From the NCBI GenBank assembly GCA_049325535.1, contig JBMOKY010000001.1, forward strand, positions 221,002 through 285,001: a DNA stretch of 64,000 nt, read 5' to 3'. Below the pieces are notes generated by a model. It was given only the letters and a program-made list of their open reading frames with translations. It did not search any database and was not told the DNA's origin. This stretch comes from Patescibacteria group bacterium. GTDB taxonomy: Bacteria; Patescibacteriota; Patescibacteriia; UBA10025; JAHIVO01. Both the position numbers and the translations under genes were made by a program. This document shows positions 58,115 to 64,000 of the stretch, in pieces (positions within the stretch are counted from its first letter, which is position 1; every line of letters starts with the position of its first letter).

Positions 58115-59482
58115 TTAAAATCCAGGGACTTCAGTGACTCGTTTTTCAAAATTACGGAAGCTAACCCGGTTTTCATCAAAATACAATTGGATCTCGCCGG
58201 TCGGACCATTCCGGTGTTTGGCGATGTGTATTTCCGCAATATTTTTTCTGGCCGGGTCGATATCTTTTTTGTAGATAGCCTCACGGTAAATAAATAGTAC
58301 CACATCGGCGTCCTGCTCGATCGAGCCTGATTCGCGCAGGTCGGCCAGTTTGGGGATGGGGGGTGTGCGGGATTCGACCGCGCGTGACAGCTGCGACAGG
58401 GCGATAACCGGGACATTTAGTTCACGGGCGATGGCTTTCAGGGAGCGGGTGATTTCGCTGATTTCCTGCACGCGGTTATCTGTCCCGCTGGTTCCCTGCA
58501 TCAGCTGGAGGTAGTCGATGATAATCAGGCCGAGATTGTGCTCTGATTGTAGTCGTCGGGCTTTGGTGCGGATTTCCATGATATTGGCCGTGGCCGAGTC
58601 GTCGATATAAATAGGAGCTTCTGAGAGGATGCCCATGGCATTGCCGATGCTGGTGAAGTCGTCATCAGAGGACAGCTTACCGCTTCGCATGCGCCAGAGA
58701 TCGACGCCAGCCTCGGCACAGAGGAAGCGATCAATCAGCTGTTCTTTTGACATTTCCAAACTAAAGATCCCGACGGGCACCTGTGATTTAACCGCTACTT
58801 GCCGCACGATATCCAGCGCCAGGGTCGTTTTACCGACCGAAGGGCGAGCGGCCAGAATGATTAAATCTGATTTTTGCAGACCGGCCAGGATGTTGTCCAG
58901 ATCCGCGTATCCCGTGGGGATGCCCCGCAGTTTTCCGGATTCACGGTGAAGTTCATCGATGCGGTCAAATGCTTCAGTCAGGATTGATTTGATGGGAACG
59001 AAATTTTGTTTGAGGTATTTTTGGGACACGCCAAAAATCGACTGTTCAGCTTTGTCGAGCAATTCCTCGATATTATCAGCCTCGTCATAGCCCAGCTCGG
59101 TGATGCGCGCGGCAACATTGAGCAGGCGACGCAACGTGGCTTTCTTCTGAACGATTTGCGCGTAGTTTACTACATGTGATGCGGTTGGTACTGCATTGGC
59201 AAGGGTGGCCAGATATGTGCGACCGCCGATCTGTTCTAATTGTTTATTGCTTTGCAGCTGGTTTGCCAGTGAGAGTACGTCAATCGGTTCCCGCTTTTCA
59301 TAGAGCTGGAGCATCGCCTCAAAGATGTCCCGATGGGCGTCTTTGTAGAAATCGTCAGCGGTAATCACGTCGGCCACCTTGATGATGGCGTCTTTATCGA
59401 TCAACAAAGCCCCGAGTACCGACTGTTCGGCTTCTAGGTTCTGGGGAGGTAGTTTATCGATTGGGGTGGTTTTTTTGGCCAT
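58115..59482 (-). CDS. dnaB: Replicative DNA helicase DnaB
   Basis: Walker A GARPSVGKTTLAL and RecA-like C-domain. 455 aa. Confidence 0.9.
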   Translation of the reverse strand: MAKKTTPIDKLPPQNLEAEQSVLGALLIDKDAIIKVADVITADDFYKDAHRDIFEAMLQLYEKREPIDVLSLANQLQSNKQLEQIGGRTYLATLANAVPTASHVVNYAQIVQKKATLRRLLNVAARITELGYDEADNIEELLDKAEQSIFGVSQKYLKQNFVPIKSILTEAFDRIDELHRESGKLRGIPTGYADLDNILAGLQKSDLIILAARPSVGKTTLALDIVRQVAVKSQVPVGIFSLEMSKEQLIDRFLCAEAGVDLWRMRSGKLSSDDDFTSIGNAMGILSEAPIYIDDSATANIMEIRTKARRLQSEHNLGLIIIDYLQLMQGTSGTDNRVQEISEITRSLKAIARELNVPVIALSQLSRAVESRTPPIPKLADLRESGSIEQDADVVLFIYREAIYKKDIDPARKNIAEIHIAKHRNGPTGEIQLYFDENRVSFRNFEKRVTEVPGF

Positions 59483-59599
59483 GGGGGTGTGCTAGATGCG
59501 GCTTTTTCGGTGATATTCAGTGTATCCTGAAATACCCGCCAAAGCAAGCCATATACTACCCACACTTTGTCCACCATTTCCCCGTATCAAATTTTCGCT

Positions 59600-59675
59600 T
59601 GGTGCGCGCAGAGGGATTCGAACCCCCGACCGTTGGCTTAAAAGGCCACTGCTCTACCAACTGAGCTATGCGCGC
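59600..59675 (-). tRNA. tRNA-Lys (anticodon UUU), CCA encoded
   Basis: Reverse complement GCGCGCATAGCTCAGTTGGTAGAGCAGTGGCCTTTTAAGCCAACGGTCGGGGGTTCGAATCCCTCTGCGCGCACCA folds as a cloverleaf with anticodon loop CUUUUAA. Confidence 0.85.
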
Positions 59676-59929
59676 GTATATGAGGAGACAACTTCAGGTT
59701 TTCTCCTCCTCGTCTCTTTCCTAAAGTACTCGACTGCCCTGCGGGTCCGCATTCCCATGTCATCACACGTCATTAGTTTGGCAGGAATATCCTCAGTAGG
59801 CAAATCACCCTCGGAGCAGAACGAATATGCCACGAATAGTAGCAAATCAGCTAGGAAAAGGCAAGCTGTTTGCAAATAATTGGGTTTTATGCTATATTCA
59901 CATCATCTTTTATTGTTAATCAAGAAAAA

Positions 59930-60709
59930 ATGGCGTTTGTACCTGTCCTTATCGTAATCGCTTTGATACTGCTGATTTCAATTCGCCAAATCAATCAGTA
60001 CCAGCGCGGAGTGAAATTTACCATGGGGCGCTATACTTCCACGGTCGAACCGGGGTGGCGTTTGGTGATCCCGATTTTTCAAATGATGCGGAAGGTGGAC
60101 ATGCGGATCATGACCGTTGACGTACCAGACCAGGACGCCATCACCAAGGACAATGTGACTATCAAGTTAAATGCGGTACTGTATTTTAAAGTACGCGACC
60201 CTCGGGCCGCGGTCATCGAGGTGGAGGATTATCAGTATGCCGTTTCGCAGTTGGCGCAGACGACTATGCGTGATGTAGTGGGGGAGATTGAACTCGACCA
60301 CTTATTGGCGCAGCGGGATGAAATATCCAAACGAATAAGAGAAATAGTGGATAAGGCGACAGACCCATGGGGCATACATGTGGTTGGCGTGGAGTTGAAG
60401 CATATTGAATTGCCCGAATCCATGCAGCGGACGATCGCCAAACAGGCGGAAGCGGAGCGTGAACGACGCGCAGTCATCATCAAAGCTGAAGGTGAAGTAT
60501 CTGCGGCAAATAATATGGCGAAAGCTGCCCGGACACTGGCTGAATCGCCTGGTGCACTGCATCTGCGCACACTCCAATCGATTAATGATTTATCATCTGA
60601 TCAATCGAATACCGTCATCTTTGCAGTACCGCTGGAGGTGTTGCGTGCGGTTGAGAGCGTGAACACGTATCTAACCCAAAAGGGATCGTCAACAAATTTA
60701 AAAAAGTAA
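59930..60709 (+). CDS. SPFH/band-7 (stomatin/prohibitin-like) membrane protein
   Basis: N-terminal TM, then an SPFH domain (VTIKLNAVLYFKVRDPRAAV...) and a coiled-coil C-terminus. The track ORF begins at 59870. Confidence 0.75.
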   Translation: MAFVPVLIVIALILLISIRQINQYQRGVKFTMGRYTSTVEPGWRLVIPIFQMMRKVDMRIMTVDVPDQDAITKDNVTIKLNAVLYFKVRDPRAAVIEVEDYQYAVSQLAQTTMRDVVGEIELDHLLAQRDEISKRIREIVDKATDPWGIHVVGVELKHIELPESMQRTIAKQAEAERERRAVIIKAEGEVSAANNMAKAARTLAESPGALHLRTLQSINDLSSDQSNTVIFAVPLEVLRAVESVNTYLTQKGSSTNLKK

Positions 60710-60765
60710 ATCAATACGCTTGACAGTTTTTTACCTGCGTGCTACGGTAATATGAATTTATAAGT

Positions 60766-60858
60766 ATGGAATCAACCGGCGGACAAATATTCATTATTAT
60801 CCTGCTTCTGATCTTCGGTGCTTTTTTCTACTTTTATACCAAGGGTAAATTACAATAA
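60766..60858 (+). CDS. 30-aa single-TM peptide (MESTGGQIFIIILLLIFGAFFYFYTKGKLQ)
   Basis: Not in the track (<60 aa). Lies immediately upstream of the VirB2-like pilin gene. Confidence 0.3.
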   Translation: MESTGGQIFIIILLLIFGAFFYFYTKGKLQ

Positions 60859-60916
60859 TTAATCATTGATTATCTATCATTCTACCTATCCGGTAGGATA
60901 TGAAAGGGGGTGACGT

Positions 60917-61267
60917 ATGAAAAAATTAACAATCATTCTTACTCTGGTTGCTGTGCTCGCTGTGCCGGCTATTGCTTCAGCACAGGTCAATATTGGCAAC
61001 TATGGCGACACGTTTGGTCTCGGAACCGCTGATCTGGAAGCAACGGTGATAAACATCGTTCAATGGGTCTTGGGATTTTTGGGCCTGATCGCCGTCATCA
61101 TGATTCTCTACGGTGGTTTCATCTGGATTACCGCGGGTGGCAATGAAGACAAAGTTGCTTCAGCTAAGAAAATTATTAGCGCCGCTGTCGTTGGCTTAAT
61201 CGTTGTCCTCCTCGCGTGGGCAATTGTGACTTTTGTGGTGAATACCGCAAGCGACGTTACTGCGTAA
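60917..61267 (+). CDS. VirB2/TrbC-like (type IV secretion-type) pilin
   Basis: Signal peptide MKKLTIILTLVAVLAVPAIASA. Two hydrophobic helices separated by a short loop (VINIVQWVLGFLGLIAVIMILYGGFIWITAGGNEDK...AVVGLIVVLLAWAIVTFVV). Extended SD GAAAGGGGGTGA upstream. Confidence 0.6.
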   Translation: MKKLTIILTLVAVLAVPAIASAQVNIGNYGDTFGLGTADLEATVINIVQWVLGFLGLIAVIMILYGGFIWITAGGNEDKVASAKKIISAAVVGLIVVLLAWAIVTFVVNTASDVTA

Positions 61268-61289
61268 TATTTTCTGAAAATACACAAAA

Positions 61290-61314
61290 ACGATCCGTTT
61301 TTCGGGTCGTTTTT
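61290..61314 (+). terminator. Rho-independent terminator
   Basis: acgatccg ttttt cgggtcgt followed by tttt. One G-U pair in the stem. Confidence 0.5.
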
Positions 61315-61343
61315 GGTATGTATGGTATACTTCATACAGTAGT

Positions 61344-64000
61344 ATGGAGCACTCATATTGCACACAACCGATAGATCGCGTCTTTACCGCCCACCGCACA
61401 TCTGCCGCTGGACTGAGCTCTGCCGAAGCGATAAAACGCGGGTCAGGGTCCCGGCCAAATCAACTGCCTGGCAAAAAACGCTTGTCCGGGTGGCGGATTT
61501 TACTTGCCCAGTTCAAGAGTATATTGATCTATATATTACTCGGCGCGGCGGTCGTCACCTTAATTCTCGATGATCGGCTGGATACCTATGTTATTCTAGC
61601 GGCGGTCGCTGTCAATGTGATTGTTGGGTTTATCCAAGAGTACCGGGCTCAGCGCTCACTTGAGCTGCTCCGTAAAGTAGTGACGCATTATACCGTTGTC
61701 CGCCGCGACGGGAAGCGGCAAACTATCGACGCCACCGAATTGGTAGTGGGGGATGTGGTATATCTGGCCGCTGGGGCAAAAGTTCCGGCCGATGTGCGGC
61801 TGTATAGCGCCACTGAATTACAGATAAATGAATCCAGTTTGACCGGGGAATCAAACCCGATTACTAAAGTGACTGATCCGCTCCCCTCGGCGGTGCTGGT
61901 CGCTGAGCAGCGCAATATGGCATTTATGGGTACGGTGGTGGTCAATGGGTCAGGTGAAGGGGTCGTGGTAGGTATTGGCACCGATACTGAGCTAGGGAAG
62001 ATTGCGACGCTCCTCGCTACCACTGAAGAAGAGTCGACCCCTCTCCAGCAGAAACTCGTCGGACTGGGAAAGCTGCTCGGCTATATCATCTTGGGTGTTG
62101 CCTTTGTGATTTTTATCATCGGGTTAGTGATGGGCTATGAGGTCCGGGCTACATTTGCCACTGCGGTGGCATTAGCCGTCGCGGCCATCCCTGAGGGATT
62201 GGCGGTAGTGGTCACCGTCACCCTGGCCATCGGCATGCAACGGATTCTCAAACATAAGGCGCTGGTGCGGAAACTAGTTGCCGCTGAAACGCTCGGTTCG
62301 ACGTCGGTCATCTGTACCGATAAGACCGGTACGCTGACCGAAGGGGAAATGCAGGTAGTCCGGGTGATCACCTATTCGCGCGAGTTTGATACGCGTACCA
62401 GTCCGGCTCTGGCATCGGCCGATGCGGCTCCGGCACAGAGTTATTTTTTGGCACTCCAAATCGGCGTACTGGCTTCGGACGCCTACATTGAAAATCCGGA
62501 GGAGGCGATAGAACATCGGACGGTAGTCGGCATGCCAACGGAAAAGGCACTCATATTAGTGGCGACGCAGGCGGGAATTGATCTCAATCATGTCCGTGCT
62601 TCACACCCCCGTCGCGCTTTGCTCCCCTTCAATTCCCGCTATAAATACATGGCCAGCCTCAATGATGATCCTGACCATGGTTTGATCCTCAATGTCAAAG
62701 GAGCCCCGGAAATATTGCTCCATCGGGCGGCCAAAGTTGATTTGGATGGTACAGTGAAATCTCTCGATAAAACCATGCGCGATCGGCTTCGCCGCCAATA
62801 CCAGCAGCTGAGCGGACAGGGTTTGCGTCTCCTCGGGCTCGGGTATAAATTCATGAAAAAAACGACCGACACTTTGACTGATGATCCGGCATTGCTGGAT
62901 GATTTAGTTTTTGTCGGCTTTGCAGTGATCAAGGATCCGCTTCGCGCGGATGCCCGCGAAACTATCCAACGGTGCATTCAGGCCGGTATCCGTCCGGTGA
63001 TGCTGACCGGCGACCATCGGTTGACCGCCCGGGCTATTGCCGAGGAAGTGGGGCTGCCGCACCAGGATGACAATATCATTGAAGGCGAGGAATTTGCCAA
63101 ACTGTCCCGGGAAGAACTTATGTCCCGCATCCATACCATTTCCGTCTATGCCCGGGTTACTCCCGAGGATAAGTTACGCATCATCGATGCATGGCAGGAG
63201 CGGGGGGAAGTGGTGGCTATGACGGGTGACGGCGTCAATGACGCCCCCGCTCTCAAATCTGCGGATATCGGCGTGGCGCTGGGATCCGGCACTGATGTTG
63301 CCAAAGAATCGGCTGACATGGTGTTGATAGAAAATAATTTCAGCACTATCGTCCGTGCAGTGGAGCAGGGGCGGATTATTTTTGATAATATCAAGAAGGC
63401 AATATTGTTTCTTTTGTCCGATAGTTTTACTCTGATGTTGCTCGTCACCCTATCACTGTTTTTCCATTGGCCGCTTCCGCTCGTCGCCGTGCAGATACTC
63501 TGGATCAATCTTGTCACTGATTCATTTCCGAGCATCGGATTGACGCTGGAAGCTGGAGAACAGGACATCATGTCGCAGAAACCCGTTTCTCGCACTATGC
63601 CGATTATTGACCGGGAGATGAAAATATTGATCGGGGTGGTCAGCGTGCTCATCGGATTACTCTTACTTGGGTTATTTGCCATGCAACGTGAGCTGACCGG
63701 TGACCTGGATCGGGCCCGCACCACCACCTTTGCCGCCGCGGCCATCGCCACCTTGCTGTACTCCTTTTCCTATCGCAGCATCCGCCATCAGATATGGCAG
63801 CAAAATCCGTTTCGCAATCGCCCGCTGGTGCTGGCGGTCTTGGTTGGGCTGCTGATCCAGCTTCCGGTGATTTATATTCCGGCATTGCAGGGCGTTTTTC
63901 AGACGGTGTCGTTGAATGCCCTTGATTGGCTACTCGCGCTACCGGTTGGTTTGGCTGCAATACTCTGCATTGAAATCATTAAAATGATATTCCGCCATCG
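61344..64000 (+). CDS. P-type cation-transporting ATPase (P2-type, Ca2+/Mg2+-like), 3' end outside window
   Basis: Absent from the track because no stop is reached. The frame from ATG 61344 reads [42 protein letters not shown]... then TGES, the DKTGTLT phosphorylation site and the [11 protein letters not shown] hinge. Confidence 0.85.
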   Translation, partial: MEHSYCTQPIDRVFTAHRTSAAGLSSAEAIKRGSGSRPNQLPGKKRLSGWRILLAQFKSILIYILLGAAVVTLILDDRLDTYVILAAVAVNVIVGFIQEYRAQRSLELLRKVVTHYTVVRRDGKRQTIDATELVVGDVVYLAAGAKVPADVRLYSATELQINESSLTGESNPITKVTDPLPSAVLVAEQRNMAFMGTVVVNGSGEGVVVGIGTDTELGKIATLLATTEEESTPLQQKLVGLGKLLGYIILGVAFVIFIIGLVMGYEVRATFATAVALAVAAIPEGLAVVVTVTLAIGMQRILKHKALVRKLVAAETLGSTSVICTDKTGTLTEGEMQVVRVITYSREFDTRTSPALASADAAPAQSYFLALQIGVLASDAYIENPEEAIEHRTVVGMPTEKALILVATQAGIDLNHVRASHPRRALLPFNSRYKYMASLNDDPDHGLILNVKGAPEILLHRAAKVDLDGTVKSLDKTMRDRLRRQYQQLSGQGLRLLGLGYKFMKKTTDTLTDDPALLDDLVFVGFAVIKDPLRADARETIQRCIQAGIRPVMLTGDHRLTARAIAEEVGLPHQDDNIIEGEEFAKLSREELMSRIHTISVYARVTPEDKLRIIDAWQERGEVVAMTGDGVNDAPALKSADIGVALGSGTDVAKESADMVLIENNFSTIVRAVEQGRIIFDNIKKAILFLLSDSFTLMLLVTLSLFFHWPLPLVAVQILWINLVTDSFPSIGLTLEAGEQDIMSQKPVSRTMPIIDREMKILIGVVSVLIGLLLLGLFAMQRELTGDLDRARTTTFAAAAIATLLYSFSYRSIRHQIWQQNPFRNRPLVLAVLVGLLIQLPVIYIPALQGVFQTVSLNALDWLLALPVGLAAILCIEIIKMIFRH

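Noticed and set aside
59520-59879. 119-aa + ORF
   Set aside because: It overlaps tRNA-Lys (59600-75, minus strand) and the dnaB upstream region. There are no supporting signals.
61358-61573. 71-aa + ORF listed in the track
   Set aside because: It is an off-frame of the N-terminus of the P-type ATPase. The ATPase is missing from the track only because it has no stop within the window.
63146-63960. Minus-strand ORFs (201 aa, 103 aa) near the window end
   Set aside because: Antisense within the P-type ATPase coding region.
1-64000. CRISPR arrays, transposases, integrases and prophage genes
   Set aside because: No direct-repeat/spacer periodicity was seen. No DDE or tyrosine-recombinase-like ORFs were seen. 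The two tRNAs are not flanked by recognisable integrase genes.

Overview
This is a 64-kb window of a moderately GC-rich bacterial chromosome with short AT-rich intergenic islands and dense coding on the + strand. The left third (1-19.8 kb) is a Gram-positive-style type IV pilus (T4P) locus. It holds a large surface protein, pilM, a pilN carrying a huge low-complexity insertion, pilO, an Fn3 membrane protein, pilB, a CheY-like regulator and pilC. These are followed by a major pilin with its own promoter, structured leader and terminator, a GT2 glycosyltransferase, a Wzy_C/TPR O-antigen-ligase-like protein, further pilins and pseudopilins, the prepilin peptidase pilD and a PilX-like protein. Housekeeping genes follow: ligA, gatCA, a second CheY-like regulator and ndk. 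An accessory patch at 24.7-34.5 kb contains three tiny genes that each have their own terminator, tRNA-Pro(GGG) and a CorC/HlyC-like protein. It also contains a translationally coupled GxGD intramembrane-protease-like protein, a glutaminase-less AsnB-like ligase and a GNAT; I consider this module the best candidate for an undescribed system. The same patch holds DsbA plus a VKOR::Ham1 fusion, a 33-aa polylysine protein, and a DUF1653 / P-loop kinase / FeS-less MutY-like glycosylase-wHTH operon. Next come uppS, a polyprenyl synthase, rpmB and an M50 protease. The str/S10/spc ribosomal cluster then runs from rpsL to map (no L30, zinc-type S14); it breaks off after map into ruvX, an MraY/WecA-family transferase, DUF192 and rplU. 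The right end carries recR-ybaB-dnaB on the minus strand, tRNA-Lys(UUU), an SPFH protein, an orphan VirB2/TrbC-like pilin and a 3'-truncated P-type ATPase. The missing L30, the zinc-ribbon S14, the T4P architecture and the compact overlapping genes are consistent with a Candidate Phyla Radiation (Patescibacteria)-type genome, but this is inference only. No CRISPR array, transposase or integrase was seen.
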